Assembly (NCBI GenBank): GCA_963823335.1
Contig: CAWGLD010000001.1
Location: forward strand, 1,504,001 to 1,568,000
Source: an uncultured delta proteobacterium
Lineage (GTDB): Bacteria; Desulfobacterota; Desulfobacteria; Desulfobacterales; B30-G6
Reading direction: 5' to 3'
Length of the DNA: 64,000 nt
Notes under the pieces: model-generated
Seen by the model: the letters and a program-made list of their open reading frames with translations, nothing else
What the model was told of the DNA's origin: nothing
Database searches by the model: none
Part shown: piece by piece, positions 27,544-36,784 of the stretch
How positions within the stretch are numbered: the first letter of the stretch is position 1
Layout: each line of letters begins with the position of its first letter
Program-made: the position numbers and the translations under genes

Positions 27544-29436
27544 ATGCTTAGATTAATGCGGGATTACGCCACGAGCTGGTTGATAAAAATCATCCTCGGG
27601 GCTATTGTGGTTGTTTTTGTTTTCTGGGGGGTTGGGAGTTTTCGAGACCGAAAAGCCACTGTTGTTGCGAGCGTCAATGGTGACGCCGTCACGCTTGACG
27701 AATACCGGTCCACATACAACAATCTGCTGGAACAGATGCGGCAAAGATTTGGCAACAACCTGAATGAAGAGGTGTTGCAGATGCTTCAGTTGGACCAGCA
27801 GGCACTGGATCAGTTGATCCAGCAACGACTCCTGATGCAGGAAGTGGCAAGACTCAATTTCAGGGTAACGGATGAAGAAGTTGTCAGGGCTATCCAAAAT
27901 ATCAGTTCATTTCAAACCAATGGCGTGTTTGACAACCGTCTCTACACAGCTGTTTTGAACTACAACCGGATGACGCCCGAAGGTTTTGAAGCGGCCCAAA
28001 AAGAAAGCCTGCTCATCGAAAAGCTGCGCACCTACCTTTTCAGCAATTTCCAGGTATCTGAAAACGAGGTGCGAGAATATTATAACTGGAAAAATGTAAC
28101 CGTGTCCATCGATTACGCGCTTTTCGATCCAGAGACATATCAGGATATCGAACTGACAGACGCAGGCTTGGAAACCTATTTCAACGACCATAAAGAAACC
28201 TACAAGACCGATCCCCTGCTCAAGGTTCAGTATCTTCATTTTGATCCGCAGGATTACATGGCCGAGGTTCAAATTTCCGCGGAAGAGATAGAATTCTATT
28301 ACCTTGACAATCAAGAACAATTCGCGACACCCAAAACGGTTGAAGCCAGACACATTCTCTTCAAAGTGGATGCCGAAGCACCCCAGGAAGTCATTGATGC
28401 AACGAAAGCCAAGGCCGAAGATGTCCTCGAACTGGTTCGAAAAGGAGAAGATTTTGCATCCATGGCCAAACAATATTCCGAAGGGCCATCCAAGGAAAAT
28501 GGTGGTCAATTAGGTGCATTCAAGAAAGAAGATATGGTGGCCCCGTTTGCAGAAAAGGCGTTTTCCATGAAACAGGGCGAGGTGAGCGAACCGGTGCGAA
28601 CCCAATTCGGGTGGCACCTGATAAAAGTGGAAAAGGTTAATGAGGCGTCGGCCCGGTCTCTGGAAGATGCTGAAAAGACCATTCGGGACATTCTTAGCAA
28701 AGACAAGACAAAAACCCTGGCCTATGACAGGGCAGAAGCGTTTTACGAAACGACCCTGGAGGGGGATCTTCTTGCCGAGGTCGGAAAAGAAATGGGCCTG
28801 GAGGTCAAAACCACGGCGCTTTTTTCCATGTCGGGACCTGAAAAATCTGTCAGGAATCCGAAGGTATTCGCCGATGCAGCCTTTACTCTTTCCTTGAATC
28901 AGATCAGTGATATACAGGATTTTGAAGATGGCTTTTACATTCTTCAGGTCATCGAATCTATCCCCGGGAAGATACCAGAATTGGGGGCTGTAAAGGATGC
29001 GGTTGCCAGGGACATGATGAAAGAAAAGCAGGTTGCCATGGCCGGGGAAAAGGCAAGGGCATTTCTGACGATGTTGAAAAGCGGCACAACCACTGACAGT
29101 GCCGGATCCGAAACTGACGTTGTCTTTAAGTCCACTGAGTATTTCAAGCGCAACGACCAGATCAAAGATATCGGTTGGGAAAACGAGATTTCCCAGATGG
29201 CATTTACGCTTTCATCGGCTCAACCGCTTCCGGAAGATGTTGTAAAAGGGGAAAAAGGGTTCTATGTCATCCGTCTCAAGGATCGAAGATTGCCAGATTT
29301 GCAAGAATTTGATAAAGAAAAGAAACAGCTTCAGGAGACTCTGAGCAGGCAAAAGGAATTCAAAGCCTTTAATTTGTGGTTGTCAGAGACGCGCAAAAAA
29401 AGTGAAATTACGGTTCAAGAGGGGTTTGGAAACTAA
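27544..29436 (+). CDS. ppiD: PpiD-type periplasmic chaperone/PPIase
   Basis: N-terminal TM (FVFWG), SurA-N domain and parvulin (ARHIL...FASMAKQYSE...GG.LG...RTQFGWHLI). Confidence 0.88.
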   Translation: MLRLMRDYATSWLIKIILGAIVVVFVFWGVGSFRDRKATVVASVNGDAVTLDEYRSTYNNLLEQMRQRFGNNLNEEVLQMLQLDQQALDQLIQQRLLMQEVARLNFRVTDEEVVRAIQNISSFQTNGVFDNRLYTAVLNYNRMTPEGFEAAQKESLLIEKLRTYLFSNFQVSENEVREYYNWKNVTVSIDYALFDPETYQDIELTDAGLETYFNDHKETYKTDPLLKVQYLHFDPQDYMAEVQISAEEIEFYYLDNQEQFATPKTVEARHILFKVDAEAPQEVIDATKAKAEDVLELVRKGEDFASMAKQYSEGPSKENGGQLGAFKKEDMVAPFAEKAFSMKQGEVSEPVRTQFGWHLIKVEKVNEASARSLEDAEKTIRDILSKDKTKTLAYDRAEAFYETTLEGDLLAEVGKEMGLEVKTTALFSMSGPEKSVRNPKVFADAAFTLSLNQISDIQDFEDGFYILQVIESIPGKIPELGAVKDAVARDMMKEKQVAMAGEKARAFLTMLKSGTTTDSAGSETDVVFKSTEYFKRNDQIKDIGWENEISQMAFTLSSAQPLPEDVVKGEKGFYVIRLKDRRLPDLQEFDKEKKQLQETLSRQKEFKAFNLWLSETRKKSEITVQEGFGN

Positions 29437-29441
29437 ATTCG

Positions 29442-29517
29442 TTGAACCGCAACAGCGAGTGCATTTTCCGTAGGTTCTGCCGTGCGGCAGTGCATCGCAT
29501 GCTGCGAGGTTCTTAAA
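29442..29517 (+). repeat. TTGAA...TTCAA mini-element, short form (copy C)
   Basis: 76 bp; begins 5 nt after the ppiD stop. Confidence 0.85.
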
Positions 29518-29647
29518 TGGTTCTATCGAACCGGGCAATGTCGCTTCGAAAAACAGCGGGAAGGAATGTTTGGATCGGCTCAGACCCGCGCCAGTTGAAA
29601 AATGATTTCAGGTTACTGCTTGTAGCGATTGAGGGATGGGTGACGAT

Positions 29648-29890
29648 ATGGCGAAATCAAAACGCGACATAAGTGCAGAACAATCACATATCATCAAAAA
29701 ATGCCCCGAGTGTTTTACCTATATCCCCCTGGATGCCTTAAAATGCCCATCGTGTAAGGCAAGGGTCGGTAGGGTCGACAGGCATGGTATGGCTACCAGA
29801 AGTGTCAACTGGGGCAGCTACTTCATCTGTATTTTTGCCTGGCTGGCATTTGCGGTTTACGTGTGGTTCGCTTTTTTTCGATCTGAATGA
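29648..29890 (+). CDS. Small zinc-ribbon membrane protein
   Basis: KKCPEC...CPSC plus a C-terminal TM helix. Confidence 0.7.
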   Translation: MAKSKRDISAEQSHIIKKCPECFTYIPLDALKCPSCKARVGRVDRHGMATRSVNWGSYFICIFAWLAFAVYVWFAFFRSE

Positions 29891-30453
29891 TGGTAATTCT
29901 CACCGAAAAAGATAAAGCCTTTCTGGTGCGACTGGCCAGATCCGTCATCGAGGCGGCGCTGGACGTGGGTCAAAAAGAATGCATGCCGGATGATGTTTCG
30001 CCGGCGGTTCTGAAAAAAGGTGGCTGTTTTGTGACCTTGCACAAGAAAGGTGCCTTGAGAGGCTGTATCGGGACCATCGAACCGGTGCAATCCCTGCTAA
30101 AAGGTGTGGAAGAGAATGCCATCAATGCCGCCTTCAAGGATCCGCGGTTTTCGTCCCTGGATGTCGAAGAGCTTCCAGACATCGATCTGGAAGTCAGTGT
30201 CCTTACGGTTCCCCAAAAACTGACCTATAAAGATCCCGAAGATCTCAAGCGCCAACTGAAATCCGGTGTTTACGGGGTAATCCTGTCCAATGGATGGCGG
30301 CGATCCACATTTTTGCCCCAGGTCTGGGATCAGCTTCCCGATCCGGAACTTTTTTTAAGGCATTTGTGCGAAAAAGCCGGTTTGCACGGAGACTGCTGGC
30401 GGGATCCGGAAACGGTGGTAGAAGTATACGAAGCCACTTATTTTTCAGAATGA
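29887..30453 (+). CDS. amrA: AmmeMemoRadiSam system protein A (AMMECR1 family)
   Basis: FVTL...LRGCIG, AAF.DPRF, EVSVL, TFLPQVW and L..KAG. Confidence 0.92.
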   Translation: MMVILTEKDKAFLVRLARSVIEAALDVGQKECMPDDVSPAVLKKGGCFVTLHKKGALRGCIGTIEPVQSLLKGVEENAINAAFKDPRFSSLDVEELPDIDLEVSVLTVPQKLTYKDPEDLKRQLKSGVYGVILSNGWRRSTFLPQVWDQLPDPELFLRHLCEKAGLHGDCWRDPETVVEVYEATYFSE

Positions 30454-30524
30454 GGCATGTCTGTTCGCCATAAATCGTAAGCCAATGTCGTTAACTTTAG
30501 CGCTTTTGTCATATTAAAAGAAAA

Positions 30525-30690
30525 TAACGAATATTGAACAATAAATTTCGTACCGCAGAAGTCAAAGAAAACACTTCGAAATTCGATATTCCTTGTTCGA
30601 TATCCTGCAGTTTGTTTAAAAAAATCCTTAAGTTAATGCCATCCGCCACCCTCGAACGCTTGTATCCCCCTTGAACTCTCGAACCTTCCG
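30525..30690. repeat. Two clusters of degenerate 7/8-mer repeats between convergent genes
   Basis: CGAATATTGAACA...TTCGATATTCCTTGTTCGATAT and CCCTCGAA...CCCTTGAACTCTCGAACC. Confidence 0.55.
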
Positions 30691-30691
30691 A

Positions 30692-32626
30692 TCAGTACAC
30701 TGTCTCTCTCGCCAGAACATCCAGTGAAATTTGATCGAGAAATCTTGACGGACGATTCAGGAATGAACCTGATATCCGGTCAAAGAGCTGGCCCGGGTAG
30801 GTGATGAACAGGTTCTTTTTTGCCCGCGTTGCCGCCACGTACATCAATCTCAATTCTTCTTCCAGCTCTTCAGGTTTGTTGATGGCATGGGCGGAGGGAA
30901 ACCTGCCGTCCAGGGCCCAGATGATAAAAACCGTATGCCATTCAAGTCCTTTGGCCGAATGGATGGTGGACAGGGTGAGGCGCTGATCTTCCGGGATTGT
31001 CATGGAAAAGGTTTCGTCCACGGCGGTGGTCGGCGGTTCGATGGCCATATCTGTCAGAAACGATTCCAGGCTTTGATAGCGTTCCATGATGGCCAGCAGT
31101 TGCTCGAGATCTCTGGCCCTTTTGGGGTGGTCGTCGTATTTTTTTTTGAGGATCGGCAGATAGTAGGATAAGACAGCTTCTCCCATTGCGGATACAGACA
31201 TCTGGTCGGGATCCATTGCGGTAAGGAGTTTTGAGAGCGCTGCAACCTGCTTTGAAATCCGGTCCTTCGTTGCTGCGGTCTCAAGGCCCTTGACGCCGTT
31301 TTGTTGTTCATGGACGGCCTTAAAAATATCTTTGGCGCCTTTGGGCCCGACGCCTTCAAGAAGCAGGAGGTTCCGGTACCAGCTGATGGTGTCCTCGGCA
31401 TTGTACACCACCTTTAAATGGGCCAGGACATCCTTGATATGGGCCGAATCCATAAATTTGAAACCGCCCACCTTGATGAATGGAAAGGCTTCCCTGCTCA
31501 GTTCGATTTCAAGATCAAATGAGTGAAAGCCGGCCCTGAAAAGGATAGCGATTTCATTCAATCGAACACCCTGCAGAGACAGGTCCTTTATTTTGTCGAT
31601 GACAAATCTGGATTGGCTGTTTTCACTGCCGGTCCGGACCAGAACCGGCGGGCCGTCTCCTTCTATGGTGGAAAAGAGCGTTTTGGTGTACTTGTTGGAG
31701 GCCCTGTCGATGATGGTGTTGGTAAGGGTTAATACCGGTTGGACACTTCTGTAGTTTTCCTCCAGACGAATGATGGTTGTATCCGGGTATCTATTTGGAA
31801 ATGAAAGAATATTTTCTACAGCGGCGCCTCTGAAAGCGTAAATGCTCTGGGAATCATCACCCACGACCATGATGTTATGATGCTGCTGGGTCAACAGGTA
31901 CAGAATTTCGGCTTGAACCTGGTTGGTGTCCTGGTATTCGTCTACCATCAGGTATTGATATGTGGATGCCAGGCGATTCCGGATGTCCGCATCTTCGTTC
32001 AGGAGCCGGTGCAGAAAAACGAGAAGATCATCATAATCCAGGAGACTGTGACCTGATTTGTATTGCTGATAATCGTTGTGAAGATTTACCATGGTGTCCA
32101 TGTGCTGACTCAGGTGAGGATGGTCTTCATAGATGATATCGTCCACGGATAGAACCTTGTTTACCGACGCGCTGAAAATACTGGCCAGGGTCCGGTTTTT
32201 TGGAAATGAGCGGTCCTTTAGCCCGGCACCCGATTCCTTTTTGAGGATGCTGATCAGATTTTCCATGTCCACGCGATCGATGATGGTAAAGGCGTTGTCC
32301 AGGCCGATGCAGGAAGCATATCTACGCAGAACCGCATTGGCAAACGAGTGGAACGTCCCGCCTGATACGTCTTCGCAGCGGTTGTCCAGAAGGTCGGAAG
32401 CCCGCTTCAGCATTTCCTGGGAAGCCCTGCGCGTGAATGTCAGCAGCAGAATGGACGCGGGGGAGATGCCGTCTTGCACCATTCTGGCGACCCGGTAGGT
32501 CAATGTCCGGGTTTTTCCGCTCCCGGCACCGGCAATGACGAGAAGGGGGCCGTCATCAAATGAAACAGCTTCGTACTGGGGCTGATTGAGGACATCTTTA
32601 TAGGCAATCATTGATTTTTGGCTCAT
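30692..32626 (-). CDS. UvrD/PcrA/Rep-family ATP-dependent helicase
   Basis: AGAGSGKT, TFHS, VDEYQDTN, VGDDSQSIYAFRGA, ENYRS, TIHSAKGLEW and YVAATRA. Confidence 0.95.
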   Translation of the reverse strand: MSQKSMIAYKDVLNQPQYEAVSFDDGPLLVIAGAGSGKTRTLTYRVARMVQDGISPASILLLTFTRRASQEMLKRASDLLDNRCEDVSGGTFHSFANAVLRRYASCIGLDNAFTIIDRVDMENLISILKKESGAGLKDRSFPKNRTLASIFSASVNKVLSVDDIIYEDHPHLSQHMDTMVNLHNDYQQYKSGHSLLDYDDLLVFLHRLLNEDADIRNRLASTYQYLMVDEYQDTNQVQAEILYLLTQQHHNIMVVGDDSQSIYAFRGAAVENILSFPNRYPDTTIIRLEENYRSVQPVLTLTNTIIDRASNKYTKTLFSTIEGDGPPVLVRTGSENSQSRFVIDKIKDLSLQGVRLNEIAILFRAGFHSFDLEIELSREAFPFIKVGGFKFMDSAHIKDVLAHLKVVYNAEDTISWYRNLLLLEGVGPKGAKDIFKAVHEQQNGVKGLETAATKDRISKQVAALSKLLTAMDPDQMSVSAMGEAVLSYYLPILKKKYDDHPKRARDLEQLLAIMERYQSLESFLTDMAIEPPTTAVDETFSMTIPEDQRLTLSTIHSAKGLEWHTVFIIWALDGRFPSAHAINKPEELEEELRLMYVAATRAKKNLFITYPGQLFDRISGSFLNRPSRFLDQISLDVLARETVY

Positions 32627-32639
32627 AGGGATTATGTTA

Positions 32640-32745
32640 GTTTTAAGGTTTAAGATTTAAGCTGTAAGCGATAAGCTGTTTTCGGTTTACGGCTTAATGC
32701 TTACAGCTTACTGCTTGTCGTTTACGGCTGACAGTTTATAGTCGA
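32640..32745. repeat. Degenerate 7-mer inverted repeat
   Basis: (TTAAGRT/TAAGCTG)n ... (GCTTACA)n. Confidence 0.65.
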
Positions 32746-32850
32746 GAGCTTACGCGAATGTCAAAATAAAATCGCTTTGCGATGTTATCGTGCGCGGCTG
32801 CGCCGCTTTTTTTTGAACTAGGTACGGAACACAGATGCCAGGATGGTCGA

Positions 32851-35724
32851 ATGCATAAGAAAATAATATTTTCCATTATTCTGCTGGTCGGATTTTTTGG
32901 CCCTTTTTGCCCTCATGACGCCGTTACCCTCATGGCAGTCCGTCACGATGCCATGGCGGCATCACAGTCTGCCTGGCCACATGAAAAAAGTGATTTGCCC
33001 TTGGATCCTGCAATCGTTTTCGGGCGGCTCGACAATGGTTTCCGGTATGTGCTGATGCAGAATCAGAATCCCAAGGACCGGGTGAGCCTGCACCTGAATA
33101 TTCAGGCCGGTTCGGTTAACGAGACAGATAGCCAACAGGGTCTGGCCCACTTTCTGGAGCATATGCTTTTCAATGGTTCGGAACATTTCGAACCGGGTGA
33201 ATTGGTAACATATTTTCAAAGCATCGGCATGCAATTCGGGCCGGATGCCAACGCGCACACCGGTTTTTTTGAAACGGTGTACGATATTTTCCTGCCGGAT
33301 GGTCATAAAGAAAGCTTTCAACAAGGCCTTCTGGTAATGCAGGATTATGCCAAAGGGGCGCTGCTTCTGGAATCGGAAATAGAACGCGAACGGAAAGTCA
33401 TCCTGGCTGAAAAACGACAGAGGGATTCGGCCTCATATCGTACATTTGTTTCGGGGCTCATGTTTGAACTGCCCGACGCCCGGATCACCCGACGGCTTCC
33501 CATCGGCAAAGAGGAGATTCTACAGCAGGCAAGCCAGGCAGATCTAAAAGCGTACTACGATACCTGGTATCGGCCGGAAACAATGATGCTGGTGGCTGTG
33601 GGTGCCTTTGACATGGACATGGCAGCAGCCCTGATTTCGGACTACTTCGCATCCTTTTCCCCCAGGACGGCGGAACTACCGGAAGTCGAATTTGGCGATG
33701 TACAGCACAAAGGCGTTCAGGTGTTTCATCACCATGAAGGGGAAGCCGGCAACACAACGGTTACCATTGAGGTGTTGAGCAAGGAACCGTTAAGACCGGA
33801 TACGCTGGCACTTCGCAAAGAGCGTATCAAAAGACGTATTGCCGACCAGATCGTGCAGAATCGGCTCGATGTGCTTATCGGAACACCCAAGACGCCCGGC
33901 ACGGCGGCCGGGATCGGTTCGGGTCTTTTCTTAAAACAGATAGCCTACGCCATGATATCGGCCGATGGCGCGCCCCAAGAGTGGAAGGCACTCCTGGGAT
34001 TCTTAGAGCAGCAGTTAAGACAAGCCCTTGTTTACGGTTTTACGGCCTCGGAACTGGAAAGAGTGAAGAAGGATGTCATTTCCAATCTTGAACAGGCAGA
34101 CAACCAAAAAGGAACAAGGGACAGCCAGTCACTGGCCCGTCATATGATAGGGGCGCTTAATTCAGATCGTGTCATACTTTCACCCACGTATGAAAAAGAC
34201 CTCATGGTACCCTTTGTGACATCGCTTACAATCGACGATGTGAACCGTGCTTTTCAGGAAACCTGGGCCCAGCATCACCGATTGATACAGGTCACTGGAA
34301 ATGCGGATCTTTCCCGGGAGGGAATTGATCCGGCTTTAGCCATTCTGCAGTCATACCAGGAGAGTATTCAGAAAAGCGTCATGCCATCGAAGGGAAAACA
34401 GGGTATCCATTTCCCCTATCTGCCGGAACCTGTCGAAAGGGGCCGTATTGTCAAAAAAACAAGACACGACGACCTTGATATCATCCAGATCGACTATGAG
34501 AATGGATTTCGATTGAACCTCAAGAAAACAGACTACAAGGACAATGAGATTCTGGCGGCATTGTCTTTCGGGAAAGGGAGGTTCAGCGAACCTCCTGAGC
34601 TGGCCGGTCTTGCCGAACTTTCCATCGAAGTGGTGAATGAAAGTGGACTGGGTTCTCTCGACAGGAGAGCCCTTGAAGCCGCCCTGGCCGGAACCCAGAG
34701 CCAGGTTGTTTTCGGTATCGATGAGGCCATGTTCATGCTGAATGGGGAATCCATCCCGGAAGAACTGCCGCTGTTGTTCCAGCTTTTGTATGCGCACGTC
34801 AAGGATCCCGGTTTTCGGGAAGAGGCTTATGATCTGGTGATGAACCAGTTCGAGAATCAATATGAAACGATTTCACACACCCTCGACGGTGTTATAAGCC
34901 TTCAGGGAAAAAGATTTCTGGCCGGTGGAGACAGCCGTTTTGGGTTGCCCCCCCATGATGGGTTCAAGAAACTGGGTCTAAATGATGTGCGCGATTGGAT
35001 CGGCAGGGCTCTGTCCGGCTCTGATTTTGAACTGTCACTTGTGGGTGATTTTGATGTGGACACGGCTATCCAGCTGGCCTCACAATATTTCGGTATGCTG
35101 CCTCCGGCAGAAAATATGATCCACGAAAGAACCGCGGGACCTGTTTTCCCTTCTGGGGAGCACCTGCGTGTGGTTGTTGACACCAAAATACCCAATGGAC
35201 TGGTGTATGTTTCCTATGCCACCGACGACATATGGGATATTCGCAAGACCCGTCGACTGAATGTTCTGGCAGATGTGTTTTCGGAAAGGATGCGGGTTCA
35301 AATCCGGGAAAAGCTAGGCGAAGCGTATTCGCCTTTTGCATACAACATGGCCAGCCGCATCCATAAGGGGTATGGTGTTTTCAATGCCGTTGTCGAAGTT
35401 GTTCCGGCCAGGGCGCAACTGGTTGTGGATGAGATTCAAAAAATTGCCCGGGACCTGTCCTCGGGCGGCATTTCACCGGACGAGATTGCCCGGAGTCTGG
35501 GGCCTACCCTGAACAGCATCAAGGATATGCGGCAGCGGAACGGCTACTGGCTGAAAACGGTTCTTGTGGGATCCAAACGAAACCCCGAAAAAATCGAATG
35601 GAGCCGATCCATTCTCTCCGATTATGGCGCCATCACATCGGAGGAACTGGAAGGTCTTTCAAAGCGATATCTGGTCAATGACAGCGCTGCTTTTATCATA
35701 GCACTCCCCACTGCTGTGGACTGA
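32851..35724 (+). CDS. M16 family zinc peptidase (PqqL-like)
   Basis: G.LDNG.RY, GLAHFLEHMLFNGS (HxxEH), NAHT and IREKLG..Y. Confidence 0.92.
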   Translation: MHKKIIFSIILLVGFFGPFCPHDAVTLMAVRHDAMAASQSAWPHEKSDLPLDPAIVFGRLDNGFRYVLMQNQNPKDRVSLHLNIQAGSVNETDSQQGLAHFLEHMLFNGSEHFEPGELVTYFQSIGMQFGPDANAHTGFFETVYDIFLPDGHKESFQQGLLVMQDYAKGALLLESEIERERKVILAEKRQRDSASYRTFVSGLMFELPDARITRRLPIGKEEILQQASQADLKAYYDTWYRPETMMLVAVGAFDMDMAAALISDYFASFSPRTAELPEVEFGDVQHKGVQVFHHHEGEAGNTTVTIEVLSKEPLRPDTLALRKERIKRRIADQIVQNRLDVLIGTPKTPGTAAGIGSGLFLKQIAYAMISADGAPQEWKALLGFLEQQLRQALVYGFTASELERVKKDVISNLEQADNQKGTRDSQSLARHMIGALNSDRVILSPTYEKDLMVPFVTSLTIDDVNRAFQETWAQHHRLIQVTGNADLSREGIDPALAILQSYQESIQKSVMPSKGKQGIHFPYLPEPVERGRIVKKTRHDDLDIIQIDYENGFRLNLKKTDYKDNEILAALSFGKGRFSEPPELAGLAELSIEVVNESGLGSLDRRALEAALAGTQSQVVFGIDEAMFMLNGESIPEELPLLFQLLYAHVKDPGFREEAYDLVMNQFENQYETISHTLDGVISLQGKRFLAGGDSRFGLPPHDGFKKLGLNDVRDWIGRALSGSDFELSLVGDFDVDTAIQLASQYFGMLPPAENMIHERTAGPVFPSGEHLRVVVDTKIPNGLVYVSYATDDIWDIRKTRRLNVLADVFSERMRVQIREKLGEAYSPFAYNMASRIHKGYGVFNAVVEVVPARAQLVVDEIQKIARDLSSGGISPDEIARSLGPTLNSIKDMRQRNGYWLKTVLVGSKRNPEKIEWSRSILSDYGAITSEELEGLSKRYLVNDSAAFIIALPTAVD

Positions 35725-35731
35725 TTTCCCC

Positions 35732-35760
35732 TTGACAAAAAAAGGAACACTATGTACTAG
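35732..35760 (+). promoter_or_regulatory. Sigma-70 promoter candidate for the qrc operon
   Basis: TTGACA-17 nt-TACTAG. Confidence 0.5.
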
Positions 35761-35834
35761 ATCGCAGGTTATTTGGGCCCATTGGTTTTTCCCATTCCTT
35801 TCAAAACCCATGGGCTCAAATCTCTTTGCCTGGG

Positions 35835-35956
35835 TTGAACCGCAACAGCGAGCGCATTTCCCGTGGGTTCTGCCGCGGGGCTAGCGAGCGAATCTAAATT
35901 AGACAGAATTCCTTACGGTCGAAGATTCCTCGCAGCTTGCTGCGAGGAATCTTCAA
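35835..35956 (+). repeat. TTGAA...TTCAA mini-element, long form (copy D)
   Basis: 122 bp; same ends as the short form; terminal hairpin GAAGATTCCTCGCAGC..GCTGCGAGGAATCTTC; near reverse complement of 60697-60815. Confidence 0.85.
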
Positions 35957-36038
35957 TGTTTTACTTTGCAAAGGTTCAATTTAGGTTTGTCCCGAGAGCG
36001 TTGCTTCGATGTTTAACCACAGATTCAACGGAGTTTTC

Positions 36039-36701
36039 ATGAGCAAACAAGAGGATCAAACCACTGCGGTCGACGCCAAGGAGACCCAAAGACCCGCCGG
36101 ACCCGTTATCTTATTTTTTATCATCGGTTTTGCAGCCAGCCTCGTTGTCGGTTGGGGCATCTTCCCAAAACTGCTGTACTCCCAAAAACACCAGCCAGTT
36201 GAATTCAACCATGTTCTCCATCAAGAAGAGGTGAGTGATGGCTGTGAGAGCTGTCACTATTTTCGTGAGGACGGTTCTTTTGCAGGGATTCCGACCTTGG
36301 AAAGCTGTATGGAGTGCCATGAAGAGGCCCTGGGGGAAAGCGAGGCCGAAGAAACGTTCATCGAGGAATACGTGACACCGGAACGCGAAATCCCCTGGCT
36401 GGTCTATTCCAGACAACCCGCCTGTGTATATTTTCCACATGCCGCCCATGTCATTAAAGCGGAAATGGCCTGTGAAACATGTCATGGGGATATTGGAGAT
36501 TCCGATCACATGAAAGTGTATGAAGAAAACCGTATCACGGGCTACAGTCGTGATATCTGGGGTAAAAACATGATCGGTTTGAAAAAGAACACATGGGATC
36601 GGATGAAAATGGATGATTGCTCGGCGTGCCACGTCAAAGAGAACGTCCGCCAGGGGAGTGTCCAGACCAAAAAGGGCGGATGTTTCGTATGCCACAAGTA
36701 G
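36039..36701 (+). CDS. qrcA: Menaquinone reductase multiheme cytochrome c subunit (5 CxxCH)
   Basis: TM anchor; QPVEFNH; CESCH, CMECH, CETCH, CSACH and CFVCH; GYSRDIWG...MKMDDC. Confidence 0.92.
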   Translation: MSKQEDQTTAVDAKETQRPAGPVILFFIIGFAASLVVGWGIFPKLLYSQKHQPVEFNHVLHQEEVSDGCESCHYFREDGSFAGIPTLESCMECHEEALGESEAEETFIEEYVTPEREIPWLVYSRQPACVYFPHAAHVIKAEMACETCHGDIGDSDHMKVYEENRITGYSRDIWGKNMIGLKKNTWDRMKMDDCSACHVKENVRQGSVQTKKGGCFVCHK

Positions 36702-36784
36702 TCTGCGGTCTATTCGATCTTGAGCGGGCAGGGATAATTAATTGATGGCGATACAGATTCCTTTTTCACTTTAGGGGAAAATTT